Sequence record: PQ488502.1
Length of the DNA: 64,000 nt
Source of the DNA: Escherichia phage BUCT632
Strand: one strand, 5' to 3'
The position numbers and the translations under genes are program-made. Shown here piece by piece: positions 10,137 to 17,799 of this stretch (position 1 is its first letter; each line of letters begins with the position of its first letter). The notes below the pieces were generated by a model, which had not been told where the DNA came from, searched no databases, and was given only the letters and a program-made list of their open reading frames with translations.

Positions 10137-10160
10137 TACCCGCATGTAACATCTGAAGTA

Positions 10161-10195
10161 AGCCCTGCGTTCCCTGGAGAGCGCAGGGTTTTTCT
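10161..10195 (+). terminator. Rho-independent terminator
   Basis: GCCCTGCG...CGCAGGGT hairpin followed by TTTTTCTG. Confidence 0.7.
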
Positions 10196-10213
10196 GTATT
10201 TAAGATAAAAGAA

Positions 10214-10248
10214 AAGCCCCTAAGTCTTTCGACTAGGGGCTTTATTGT
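10214..10248. terminator. Bidirectional hairpin terminator between convergent genes
   Basis: AGCCCCTAAGTC / GACTAGGGGCT stem flanked by A-run upstream and T-run downstream. Confidence 0.6.
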
Positions 10249-10460
10249 TTGGTTCTTTAGAACCATATACTCTTATTACAGCAACCACCCATACGGGAGG
10301 CCAATCTTGACTGAAAATCTACTCTAGGGGGCAGGATAAGAGTAGGCTTAAAGGCAAACGGATTGAACGCCGGTATTTGCGTAAACATTGCTGGAGAGCA
10401 ACAACGTGCTACAGGCATTGGGCAGCACGAAACAGATTTTCTGCAACACATAATTCCTCC

Positions 10461-10877
10461 TTAGGAGTTATTACCACCATTTTGAGCTTTTGCAACTTGG
10501 CTTTGGCAGAAGCTATTAAACTTACCCATAAGTGATACAAGCTGTTTCCCATCCTCTGTCTTTGCGAAGTCTTCGAAAAGGGCTAGTACTGCCTGTCCTT
10601 CCGCAGAAACCTGCGATTGTTGGGTTTGTTGCTGAACTTGCTGCTGCGGCACCTGTTGCTGCATTTGTTGAGGCATTTGCGACTGCCCGCTCATTTGCTG
10701 CATCATTTGTATAGGACTCACACTTCCAGGGTTTTGCTGGAGTTGTTGCTGCATCTGTTGCGCTTCTGCTAAACGCTGTTGCAATTGTTGTAAGTAGGGG
10801 TTATCCAGACCCGGAATGGGCTGCTGGGAGCCCATACTTTGATTAAGTCCGTTATTTACAAAACCATATTTACTCAT
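10461..10877 (-). CDS. Hypothetical glutamine-rich low-complexity protein
   Basis: 138-aa minus-strand ORF, Q-rich repeats (QQMQQQLQQ, QQQVQQQTQQ); one of few minus-strand genes in the early region. Confidence 0.5.
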   Translation of the reverse strand: MSKYGFVNNGLNQSMGSQQPIPGLDNPYLQQLQQRLAEAQQMQQQLQQNPGSVSPIQMMQQMSGQSQMPQQMQQQVPQQQVQQQTQQSQVSAEGQAVLALFEDFAKTEDGKQLVSLMGKFNSFCQSQVAKAQNGGNNS

Positions 10878-10898
10878 AATGGGCTCCTCCCCTTAATA

Positions 10899-11888
10899 TT
10901 AAGCCGGCAGTTTAGCCTGCAGACCAGCCAGAGTCTGAGTGATAGCACCAAGACTTAAAGCGATTTGATTAATTACCTGACCGTTAGCACCGCTACCTGC
11001 AGCGATTGCTTCACGTAGGCGACATGCATCTAACTCATCCTGGATACGCGCAGTAGTTACACCAGCGATCGCAGTCTGAAGTTCACAGCAACATTCAGCG
11101 ATCTGACGTTCCAGAGAGTTCTGGTTAGCACACATCTGAGCCTGAACAGCGGCAAACTGGTTATTAGTTTGTAAAGTCTGCTGGAAAGCGATCTGTGCAG
11201 AATCAAACTTATCTTGTGCACGAGCTATCTGGTTAGCTGCGAAAGATTGATCAATCTGGCGAGAAAGATCGAACTGACCCTGAATAACGTTGCGAGTTTC
11301 CTGGCAGATCTGATTAGATAGATTAGCACCTGTACCATAGATCGTAGTTAGTACAGACTGAGTATCACGGCTCTGGTTTTGGGATGTCTGGCTAAAACCA
11401 TTGTTAACTGCGCTTAAAACAGCTCCAGTACCCTGGTTAGCTTCTGTACGAGTAGTGTTAATAGCTGCTAGAATACTAGCGGTATCTTGGTTCTGAAGTA
11501 CTGCATCAACTGCGGTACCTTCACCAACTACACCACGTCCACCGAATCCACCGAAACCACCGAATCCGCCTGTTAATAGAGCACCGATTAGGATAGCTCC
11601 GAATAGTCCCATACCTTCACCACCGAAAGCACCTGCGTTTGCTGGGTAACCACCCAGTAGGCCAGGGAAGCCACTAGTGAATACGTTTACTGGTTCTTGC
11701 ATTTTATGTTTTCCATATTTATGACAATGTTCATCATCATCTTCTTCATCATCTTCATCGTGTTCGCGATGTTTCTCTTCGTAGGCTCTGACCTTCTCCC
11801 ACTTTTTCTTATCTGATTCCTCGTGACGGTGCAGTTCTGCTGCAACGCTAGCGACGGTCTCAGGACTCTTAGCTACTTCTTCTGTCAT
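10899..11888 (-). CDS. Hypothetical protein with acidic His/Asp/Glu-rich segment and Gly-rich (GGFGGFGGFGG) segment
   Basis: minus-strand ORF; start taken at ATG 11888 preceded by AGGAGGTG RBS (track start 11948 is further upstream). Confidence 0.5.
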   Translation of the reverse strand: MTEEVAKSPETVASVAAELHRHEESDKKKWEKVRAYEEKHREHDEDDEEDDDEHCHKYGKHKMQEPVNVFTSGFPGLLGGYPANAGAFGGEGMGLFGAILIGALLTGGFGGFGGFGGRGVVGEGTAVDAVLQNQDTASILAAINTTRTEANQGTGAVLSAVNNGFSQTSQNQSRDTQSVLTTIYGTGANLSNQICQETRNVIQGQFDLSRQIDQSFAANQIARAQDKFDSAQIAFQQTLQTNNQFAAVQAQMCANQNSLERQIAECCCELQTAIAGVTTARIQDELDACRLREAIAAGSGANGQVINQIALSLGAITQTLAGLQAKLPA

Positions 11889-12095
11889 TTTTTGACACCT
11901 CCTAGTATATAGAAAATGTGTGTCTCTTTGATCACTCATCCATAACATATACTTTACACTACCCCAGCGAAAATGTCAAGGGGTCTTTAAAAATTGCCCC
12001 CGGATTTTTAGTGGGGTCACAAATTTTGGTCCTCACCACTTATCTGCTACCCTTAAGTGCCCTATGATTTTCCTCTAAAAAGTTAAAAAATTTGA

Positions 12096-12124
12096 TTGCT
12101 TGAATGCTAAATTCTCTGTATAAT
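12096..12124 (+). promoter_or_regulatory. PN25-type sigma70 promoter
   Basis: TTGCTT 12096-12101, 17-nt spacer, TATAAT 12119-12124, leader ATAAATTTGAGAGAGG. Confidence 0.65.
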
Positions 12125-12154
12125 ATATCTATAAATTTGAGAGAGGAACCAAAT

Positions 12155-12673
12155 ATGAATGTTGATGAGCTAACACAGCACCTCTTATCTAGAGGATTTG
12201 ATACAGATAAATATCATTGCTGGTTAAGTCCGGAAGGGTGGCTAACAGTCCCGTTGTATGATTTCTCTGGAATGTTGAGGGGCTATCAAACTTATAATCC
12301 TTCTGCTCCAAAAGGTCATGGTAAGTGCCCATTTGAAGCTAAATACTTTACTTATTCTACTACACAGTGTGTATGGGGACTAGAAACTCTCAATGGAGAT
12401 GAAAAAGTAGTATTGATCGCTGAATCTGTATTTAAGGCAGTTGCGTTACATAATGCGGGTTATCCAGCCCTGGCAATGTTGGGTTCTTCTCCAGGAAAAG
12501 CGTTATTAAAGCAACTGAAATTACTACCTTTTAAATTGGTAGCTGTTGGAGACAATGATCCCGATGGTGAAAAATTTGCTAGACAATTAAATGGATTTGT
12601 TTCTCCTGTAGATGTAGATGAGATGTCTACCGAAAACTTGAAAAATTTTCTTGCTATGAAGCTAAATTTCTAA
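12155..12673 (+). CDS. Hypothetical protein (possible Toprim-like fold)
   Basis: ORF from ATG 12155 after promoter; segment VVLIAESVF...VAVGDNDPDGEKFA loosely Toprim-like. Confidence 0.45.
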   Translation: MNVDELTQHLLSRGFDTDKYHCWLSPEGWLTVPLYDFSGMLRGYQTYNPSAPKGHGKCPFEAKYFTYSTTQCVWGLETLNGDEKVVLIAESVFKAVALHNAGYPALAMLGSSPGKALLKQLKLLPFKLVAVGDNDPDGEKFARQLNGFVSPVDVDEMSTENLKNFLAMKLNF

Positions 12674-12694
12674 TATAATATATCTTATAAATTC

Positions 12695-12783
12695 GGAAGA
12701 ATAGCATAACGGTATTGCAGCAGATTGCTAATCTGTCGGTTTGAAATATAGCCTTGTGGGTTCGATTCCCACTTCTTCCGCCA
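12695..12783 (+). tRNA. tRNA-Ser (anticodon GCU), type II
   Basis: acceptor GGAAGAA/TTCTTCC, anticodon loop TTGCTAA, long variable arm, T-arm GTGGG-TTCGATT-CCCAC, encoded CCA. Confidence 0.75.
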
Positions 12784-12789
12784 GATTTT

Positions 12790-12867
12790 GGTTCTCAAGC
12801 TCATATGGTATGAGCACCCGGCTCATAACCGGAAGGTACGTAGGTTCGAATCCTCGGGGAGCCACCA
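12790..12867 (+). tRNA. tRNA with CAU anticodon (Met or Ile2)
   Basis: acceptor GGTTCTC/GGGAGCC with G-U pairs, D-arm GCTC-ATATGGTAT-GAGC, anticodon loop CTCATAA, T-loop TTCGAAT, CCA. Confidence 0.65.
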
Positions 12868-12885
12868 ATTAAATAGAGGTCACAA

Positions 12886-13074
12886 ATGGATCTATATATA
12901 GTTTATGTTGTGTTTATTCAAGATAGAGAATACCCGGGTGAATATAAAAAAGGATATAGGTTAGCCAGAGCTACCTCTGAAGCCCAAGCTATGGATAAAG
13001 TGGCGGATTATATGATTACAGTAGAAAACGTACACTATATCGACTACCTTGAAGCCTCAAAAGTAATTGACTAA
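12886..13074 (+). CDS. Hypothetical small protein
   Basis: 62-aa ORF between tRNA genes. Confidence 0.35.
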   Translation: MDLYIVYVVFIQDREYPGEYKKGYRLARATSEAQAMDKVADYMITVENVHYIDYLEASKVID

Positions 13075-13081
13075 ACTACAC

Positions 13082-13158
13082 GGGGGTGTAATCGAATTGG
13101 CATAGGTACTGGACTTAAAATTCAGGTTTTGTGGGTTCGAATCCCACCACCCCTACCA
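13082..13158 (+). tRNA. tRNA with UAA anticodon (Leu by anticodon) and short variable arm
   Basis: acceptor GGGGGTG/CACCCCT, anticodon arm CTGGA-CTTAAAA-TTCAG, T-arm GTGGG-TTCGAAT-CCCAC, A73, CCA. Confidence 0.6.
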
Positions 13159-13333
13159 AATTAAGGAAATAAGATGTATAGACATCCACCTCCGCCAACA
13201 CGTCGTTCTAGGGAAGTCGTCCTTATGGAATTGACTAAAAACTTCAAGGCAACTCTTGAAGATAGAGATCTGGGCACGGATGAAGACATTGATTTTATTT
13301 GTAGACTATTAAAGATGAAACTGGAGAAACAAC

Positions 13334-13540
13334 ATGGCTAATCCTGAAATTACCGCACAACGTTTCATGCTTAAAGGCATGATTGCTGAGGCAGGTATAA
13401 CTCAAGAGGTTGCAGATTTTCATAAGCAATTTCTTGACATTATAACTCTAGCTAAAGAGACTGGAGAAAAAGAACATGGAGCGGCAATTATGGCTATATC
13501 TCTTATTAGTCTAGACTTGGCTGAAGAATCTGGAGTTTAG
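13334..13540 (+). CDS. Hypothetical small protein
   Basis: 68-aa ORF. Confidence 0.4.
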   Translation: MANPEITAQRFMLKGMIAEAGITQEVADFHKQFLDIITLAKETGEKEHGAAIMAISLISLDLAEESGV

Positions 13541-13570
13541 CTCCTCCAAACAGAATTTTTAAAAATGTAC

Positions 13571-13600
13571 TTGCCTTTTGCTTTAAATTTCTGATATAAT
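13571..13600 (+). promoter_or_regulatory. PN25-type sigma70 promoter
   Basis: TTGCCT 13571-13576, 18-nt spacer, TATAAT 13595-13600. Confidence 0.55.
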
Positions 13601-13630
13601 AGTTATATAAATTGATGAAGGAGTTAACGA

Positions 13631-13906
13631 ATGCAAAATCGTGTTATAGCTGCTGGTATTGAAAGTGCAATCTGTAAATCCTGGGAAGGCTGGGAAGGTG
13701 AGATTGAATGGCTTTATTTCTACGATGTAGAACTTCTGCCGGAAATTAAAGCTAAATGTATTGAAGCTGGCATGGCTCCAGATGCAAAAGCTGATATTGA
13801 TATTTCAATGTCTGAACTTAAAGGTCGTGTAATCACTGTTAGTGATGAGGGCGAAGAAGTTTTTGAACTTCCATTCTCCTTAACTGTCACTCCTAAGTTC
13901 GACTAA
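13631..13906 (+). CDS. Hypothetical acidic protein
   Basis: 91-aa ORF downstream of promoter with GAAGGAG RBS. Confidence 0.45.
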   Translation: MQNRVIAAGIESAICKSWEGWEGEIEWLYFYDVELLPEIKAKCIEAGMAPDAKADIDISMSELKGRVITVSDEGEEVFELPFSLTVTPKFD

Positions 13907-13942
13907 CTAATACAGCATTGGGCAAGTTCTTTAAAATTTGAC

Positions 13943-13971
13943 TTGCTCAGTGCCTTAAAACTTGATATAAT
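13943..13971 (+). promoter_or_regulatory. PN25-type sigma70 promoter ahead of hairpin and tRNA-Tyr
   Basis: TTGCTC 13943-13948, 17-nt spacer, TATAAT 13966-13971. Confidence 0.55.
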
Positions 13972-13990
13972 AGTTATCTAATTTGGAAAC

Positions 13991-14095
13991 ATATCTGAAT
14001 GAGAAGTAATTAGGCGAGTTGCTTTTAGGGGTAAAGTCAGGAAATCCTGAAATATTCCACCTTGAGTTTAACCGACTTACTTTTCATTCAAATAT
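13991..14095 (+). other. Long hairpin (about 19-bp closing stem) abutting the tRNA-Tyr 5' end; candidate RNase III processing site or small structured RNA
   Basis: 5' arm ATATCTGAATGAGAAGTAA (13991-14009) pairs with 3' arm TTACTTTTCATTCAAATAT (14077-14095), one mismatch and one G-U. Confidence 0.45.
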
Positions 14096-14176
14096 GGGGG
14101 ATTGGCTCAGCGGCGACGGCGCCTGGCTGTAGACCGGGTATATCACGCGGAGGTTCGAGTCCTCCATCCCCCACCA
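14096..14176 (+). tRNA. tRNA-Tyr (anticodon GUA), type II
   Basis: acceptor GGGGGAT/ATCCCCC, anticodon arm CCTGG-CTGTAGA-CCGGG, long variable arm, T-arm GGAGG-TTCGAGT-CCTCC, CCA. Confidence 0.7.
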
Positions 14177-14194
14177 AATTACTAAGGAAGTAAT

Positions 14195-14740
14195 ATGCAC
14201 AATAAGTTAATAAATGAGCTTCAAAAAAGACAGATAATAACAAAAACTAAGGAGTTTGATATAACTCCAGATTTAATAGTTGAATGCTCGAAAGTTTACT
14301 TAGAGTTAAGTAATACAAAGGCTAAGAAAGTCTCCTTAGGAGATCTTAGATATAATGTTAAACTATTGTGCTTATCCTTAATTAAATTTAAGCAAAAAAA
14401 TAAACTTCCCATAAAAGAAGGCTTCATATATTTTATAGCAAATAAGGCCTGGCCCAATTATTTTAAGATTGGTATGTCAGCTAACCCAAAGAAACGCTTA
14501 GCAAACTATCAAACATATAGCCCTTTTAGGGACTATACAATGCTACACTGGTCTTTCTGGTTTGATAGAAAGGAAGGCAAAAAGTTTGTCCATAGCCTCT
14601 ATCAAGATAGGGATCATGAATGGGTTAAGTTGCCTCGAAGAAAACTAAATAAAATATTTGAACAAATTAATAAACTTTCTGGCTTGGAACATTTAGTACA
14701 GAAAGTTAATAAAGAAATAGTTAATGCACCTATCGTCTAA
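14195..14740 (+). CDS. T5orf172-domain protein (GIY-YIG-related, MUG113-like)
   Basis: motif GFIYFIANKAWPNYFKIGMSANPKKRLANYQTYSP matches the T5orf172-type core; 3' end overlaps tRNA-Glu by 15 nt. Confidence 0.55.
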   Translation: MHNKLINELQKRQIITKTKEFDITPDLIVECSKVYLELSNTKAKKVSLGDLRYNVKLLCLSLIKFKQKNKLPIKEGFIYFIANKAWPNYFKIGMSANPKKRLANYQTYSPFRDYTMLHWSFWFDRKEGKKFVHSLYQDRDHEWVKLPRRKLNKIFEQINKLSGLEHLVQKVNKEIVNAPIV

Positions 14741-14800
14741 TGGTTAGGACATCAGGATTTCAATCTGAGAATCGGAGTTCAATTCTCCGTGGGTGTACCA
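14726..14800 (+). tRNA. tRNA-Glu (anticodon UUC)
   Basis: acceptor GCACCTA/TGGGTGT with G-U pairs, D-stem GTCT/GGAC, anticodon arm TCAGG-ATTTCAA-TCTGA, T-arm CGGAG-TTCAATT-CTCCG, CCA. Confidence 0.65.
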
Positions 14801-14808
14801 ATTTCTGC

Positions 14809-14885
14809 ATTCCTAGAGTGTTACTGGACAGCATGTCGGTCTCCAAAACCGTACGGTCTAGGTTCGAGTCCTAGTAGGTTTGCCA
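14809..14885 (+). tRNA. tRNA-Trp (anticodon CCA), with U-U mismatches in acceptor stem
   Basis: T-arm CTAGG-TTCGAGT-CCTAG, anticodon loop CTCCAAA on CGGT/ACCG stem, D-stem GTGT/GCAT, CCA; acceptor ATTCCTA/TAGGTTT has two U-U. Confidence 0.5.
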
Positions 14886-14891
14886 AAATTT

Positions 14892-14966
14892 GCACCTTTA
14901 GCTGAGATGGATTAGCGCTTGCCTGAAGAGCTTGAGAGGTTCGTTCGATACGAACAGGGTGCACCA
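14892..14966 (+). tRNA. tRNA-Phe (anticodon GAA), with U-U mismatches in anticodon stem
   Basis: acceptor GCACCTT/AGGGTGC, D-stem GCTG/TAGC, anticodon loop CTGAAGA, T-arm GTTCG-TTCGATA-CGAAC, CCA. Confidence 0.5.
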
Positions 14967-14983
14967 AATTGAAGGAGCTGCTG

Positions 14984-15256
14984 ATGCATCCTGAAAACTT
15001 CTTTATTTACTGCGCGGATAAGTCGCTGAAACGTAGAATTAACAAAGTCTATCATTATCGTGCTAGTCAACAGCCTTATGTATACGCTTTTGACGGTGAT
15101 CACATTCCACTAGAACAATTATCTTGTGATTACATGATATTGAAGAACTTTGACGAGACGAAGATCTCAAGCGTTCATAATCGACAGAATCCATTAACGT
15201 GGAAATATAAGAAGAAAAAGAAAGGCATCAAATTCTTAAAAAATGTAGTTGCTTAG
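14984..15256 (+). CDS. Hypothetical protein
   Basis: ORF from ATG 14984; lysine-rich C-terminus; low confidence. Confidence 0.3.
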   Translation: MHPENFFIYCADKSLKRRINKVYHYRASQQPYVYAFDGDHIPLEQLSCDYMILKNFDETKISSVHNRQNPLTWKYKKKKKGIKFLKNVVA

Positions 15257-15277
15257 TTTCCAAAAGTTCTGTATAAT
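15249..15277 (+). promoter_or_regulatory. PN25-type sigma70 promoter
   Basis: TTGCTT 15249-15254, 17-nt spacer, TATAAT 15272-15277. Confidence 0.6.
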
Positions 15278-15325
15278 AATTACATAAATTGAACTGGAGA
15301 AGCAACATGACAGAACAAGATAAAT

Positions 15326-15401
15326 CGACCGTTGGCTGAATGGCTTAGGCGAAGGATTGCAAATCCTTTTTATGTGAGTTCAAATCTCATGCGGTCGTCC
15401 A
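15326..15401 (+). tRNA. tRNA-Cys (anticodon GCA)
   Basis: acceptor CGACCGT/GCGGTCG, anticodon arm AAGGA-TTGCAAA-TCCTT, T-arm GTGAG-TTCAAAT-CTCAT, CCA. Confidence 0.75.
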
Positions 15402-15402
15402 A

Positions 15403-15547
15403 TTTGCTGAAAGAATTGTTAAATCAATTCAGGCACGCGTAGGAACACTGTCTCCGTAATTGAAAGATGGGGCACGGTTTGGAGAGGTATGCCGCTACAC
15501 GCTACGGTGCTAACTCCGTCTAGGTGAAAATCCTAGTCAGCAATGTA
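15403..15547 (+). other. Structured ORF-free element closed by a 7-bp long-range stem with T-arm-like hairpin; candidate ncRNA or degenerate tRNA
   Basis: TTGCTGA (15403-15409) pairs with TCAGCAA near 15540; hairpin CTAGG-TGAAAAT-CCTAG just before the 3' arm. Confidence 0.3.
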
Positions 15548-15553
15548 AATTTA

Positions 15554-15635
15554 GGGTCGTTAGCCAAGCGGTTTGGCGGCGGATTGTTAATCCGTGTCGA
15601 AAGACAACGTAGGTTCGAATCCTACACGGCCCGCC
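15554..15635 (+). tRNA. tRNA with GUU anticodon (Asn) and unusually long variable arm
   Basis: acceptor GGGTCGT/ACGGCCC, anticodon arm GCGGA-TTGTTAA-TCCGT, 13-nt variable arm GTC-GAAA-GAC, T-arm GTAGG-TTCGAAT-CCTAC, G73, CCA. Confidence 0.6.
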
Positions 15636-15738
15636 AAATTCTGTGTAGAGTTAAGTAAACCGGTAGCCAATCAGCTATCATTGCTGACATCGAATTCAGC
15701 CACAGATACCATTTTCATTAATAACTGAGGAAACAAGC

Positions 15739-15924
15739 ATGTCCAAGAATGTAATTGCACAGTTAGAAGTTCATCGTGATAGCACTATCAACAATATTGA
15801 AGTTGAGAAGAAATACATCGAAGAACTTAAACATGATATACTAGTAAGTCTTAATCGTCTTAATGTACGAAAAGAGTTTCTTAAAGAACTTAATGCAGCT
15901 ATTGAAAAACTCAAAGCTGAGTAA
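15739..15924 (+). CDS. Hypothetical small coiled-coil protein
   Basis: 61-aa ORF with GAGGAAA RBS. Confidence 0.4.
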   Translation: MSKNVIAQLEVHRDSTINNIEVEKKYIEELKHDILVSLNRLNVRKEFLKELNAAIEKLKAE

Positions 15925-15933
15925 ATGAATTAT

Positions 15934-16010
15934 GCGACCGGGGCTGGCTTGGTAATGGTACTCCCCTGTCACGGGAGGGAATGTGGGTTCAAATCCCATC
16001 GGTCGCGCCA
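15934..16010 (+). tRNA. tRNA-Asp (anticodon GUC)
   Basis: acceptor GCGACCG/CGGTCGC, anticodon arm CTCCC-CTGTCAC-GGGAG, T-arm GTGGG-TTCAAAT-CCCAT, CCA. Confidence 0.8.
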
Positions 16011-16036
16011 AACTAAACTAGCACGAGAAAAATGCT

Positions 16037-16384
16037 ATGATTAATGCTAAAGAAGAATTGTTACTTGCCCTAAAGAATACTAATTCTGAAGTTAAGTGTA
16101 TTAAGATAGAATTCGGTTATTATGGGGACAAAGAAGTTTGGGTATTACCCGTAGGTTATACAGAAAAAGATATTGAAGATTTTCTAAATAATCTAGACTT
16201 TAAATATGATTCTGGTTTCGGTGGACAATTGCTTTATGGTAACGTATGGTTTACTGATGGAACTTGGTTAGAACGTGGTGAATATGATGGTTCTGAATGG
16301 TGGGAGTATAAGACTACACCAGCAATCCCTGAGGAATGCCGAACAATTAATGGTGAGGTAGATAATACTTTACGGTTAAACTAA
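16037..16384 (+). CDS. Hypothetical protein
   Basis: 115-aa ORF between tRNA genes. Confidence 0.45.
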   Translation: MINAKEELLLALKNTNSEVKCIKIEFGYYGDKEVWVLPVGYTEKDIEDFLNNLDFKYDSGFGGQLLYGNVWFTDGTWLERGEYDGSEWWEYKTTPAIPEECRTINGEVDNTLRLN

Positions 16385-16506
16385 TAAAATTTCAGTGCAG
16401 AACACGGAGCTAGCAATTCGGAAGTGCTGACTCATGATAAGCTGCCTATGTACTTGCGAAGCGGTCGTGTCCAAGACTCGGACTCTTGCACTGAAAACAA
16501 TCAAAC

Positions 16507-16627
16507 ATTCTAGCGTGGTTGATGGGGAAACCAGCTTGGCGAGGGCAGAAGCTCGTTCGATTCGAGTGAAAGAATGGTTCTCGTAAGTCCGCACAAGTGA
16601 TAACAGGTTCGAGTCCTGTCTAGAATG
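16507..16627 (+). tRNA. Oversized tRNA-like gene (121 nt) with about 55-nt insertion in the anticodon loop; no encoded CCA
   Basis: acceptor ATTCTAG/CTAGAAT, D-arm TGGT-TGATGGGGAA-ACCA, anticodon-stem-like pairing GCTTG(16534-16538)/CAAGT(16594-16598) enclosing 55 nt, T-arm ACAGG-TTCGAGT-CCTGT. Confidence 0.4.
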
Positions 16628-16635
16628 ACACTATA

Positions 16636-16763
16636 AAGTTTACTTATTATGTAGGTTCCGGTAGATCGGCGGGTCTATTCTGGCATTTAAGAGGGGTCTC
16701 GCAAACTTCTTTGTCAGCCGTGGGGTTGGTAGCCTCCAGGCGGCCTACACAATAAGTAAATTT
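16636..16763 (+). other. Long hairpin (about 20-bp closing stem enclosing about 88 nt); candidate small structured RNA or RNase III site
   Basis: AAGTTTACTTATTATGTAGG (16636-16655) pairs with CCTACACAATAAGTAAATTT (16744-16763). Confidence 0.45.
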
Positions 16764-16776
16764 ATTAAAAATTCAT

Positions 16777-16805
16777 TTGCTATTCTGCTTAATTCTCTGT
16801 ATAAT
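16777..16805 (+). promoter_or_regulatory. PN25-type sigma70 promoter
   Basis: TTGCTA 16777-16782, 17-nt spacer, TATAAT 16800-16805. Confidence 0.6.
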
Positions 16806-17000
16806 ATATTTTATAAAGTGAAGAGAAGGAAAGCAAAATGAAACACAAGATAGCTCAAGTTTTTATGGCATTATGGTGTATGCCAATAGCTGTAACAGCT
16901 TTTAATCTAGATACTTTTACTATAGAAGAAAAATGTATCGGATTAGTTAGCGGCTTTAGTATGCTTGGCTTATCTTTGTTGTGGTTGAAGAAATAATATT

Positions 17001-17078
17001 CTCCGTGTAGCTCAGTTTGGCCAGAGCGTTTCGTTTGGGGCGATAGGGTCGGGGGTTCAAATCCTCCCACGGAGACCA
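17001..17078 (+). tRNA. tRNA-Pro (anticodon UGG)
   Basis: acceptor CTCCGTG/CACGGAG, D-stem GCTC/GAGC, anticodon loop TTTGGGG, T-arm GGGGG-TTCAAAT-CCTCC, CCA. Confidence 0.65.
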
Positions 17079-17084
17079 AACAAT

Positions 17085-17162
17085 TGCGGGTTAGATCTCT
17101 GGTAGAGATCGCTAGTCTCATAAGCTAGAAAGAGGTAGGTTCGATTCCTGCACCCGCTTCCA
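17085..17162 (+). tRNA. tRNA with CAU anticodon (Met or Ile2)
   Basis: D-arm GATC-TCTGGTAGA-GATC, anticodon arm CTAGT-CTCATAA-GCTAG, T-arm GTAGG-TTCGATT-CCTGC, CCA. Confidence 0.65.
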
Positions 17163-17351
17163 TTTTAATAGGGGATTTCGAAATGAAAGTATTTCGATTA
17201 GTAGTAAGTGACAAACGTTTAGGTAAGAATACCTCAAAATCATTACTTGCTCATTATGGTAAAAATTGGGATGAAGTAATGGTAGAGTTTAATACTAATC
17301 ACCCTTACTTGAAAGTTCACTCTATTAAAGAAGTATACAATGGTTACTAAT

Positions 17352-17430
17352 AGATCGCTAGCTCAATAGGTTTAGTAGCATCCGACTTTTAATCGGAAGG
17401 TTCTGGGTTCGAGTCCCAGGCGATCTACCA
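17352..17430 (+). tRNA. tRNA-Lys (anticodon UUU)
   Basis: acceptor AGATCGC/GCGATCT, anticodon arm TCCGA-CTTTTAA-TCGGA, T-arm CTGGG-TTCGAGT-CCCAG, CCA. Confidence 0.8.
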
Positions 17431-17448
17431 ATTTCAAGAAAAACGCAG

Positions 17449-17477
17449 TTGCTTGATGCTTAATTTCTTGTTATAAT
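17449..17477 (+). promoter_or_regulatory. PN25-type sigma70 promoter ahead of structured RNA and tRNA-Ala
   Basis: TTGCTT 17449-17454, 17-nt spacer, TATAAT 17472-17477. Confidence 0.6.
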
Positions 17478-17516
17478 ATTTATATAAATTGATGAGGAGA
17501 AATCCTCATCATAGTT

Positions 17517-17701
17517 CACTAAGGTATTAGCTCGACCTAGGACTGGCTGCCAAAAAGCACGATCCCCATGATTCGGGAGAAGTTCTAGATTGGTCCACTA
17601 GATTCAGCGGCAACTGAATAGTGTATTGGGTTTGCGAGATGACGCAGTTCCTTCCGCTCGAAGCGAAGGTGCTGTAGTTACGCCGAGCTAATAGCCTTAG
17701 T
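17517..17701 (+). other. Structured ORF-free element closed by about 17-bp long-range stem (one bulge); candidate ncRNA or RNase III processing domain
   Basis: ACTAAGGTATTAGCTCG (17517-17534) pairs with CGAGCTAATAGCCTTAGT (17684-17701); internal hairpins. Confidence 0.4.
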
Positions 17702-17715
17702 AAACTAAAGAATTT

Positions 17716-17794
17716 GGGGAATGGGTCTGCATGGAGTGGACACCTCGCTTGCACCGAGGACATCAGAACGGTTCGATTCCGTTATTCTCCACCA
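17716..17794 (+). tRNA. tRNA-Ala (anticodon UGC)
   Basis: acceptor GGGGAAT/ATTCTCC, anticodon arm CCTCG-CTTGCAC-CGAGG, T-arm AACGG-TTCGATT-CCGTT, CCA. Confidence 0.75.
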
Positions 17795-17799
17795 AATAC

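Noticed and set aside
9678-10145. 155-aa minus-strand ORF overlapping the SPFH gene 3' half
   Set aside because: Antisense to the Ala/Glu/Gln-rich coiled-coil region, which produces long open antisense frames by composition alone.
17500-17795. ORF-free region ending in T-loop plus CCA considered as a tmRNA
   Set aside because: The 3' part resolves into a standard tRNA-Ala (17716-17794); no tag-peptide reading frame ending in a typical Ala-Ala stop context was found upstream.
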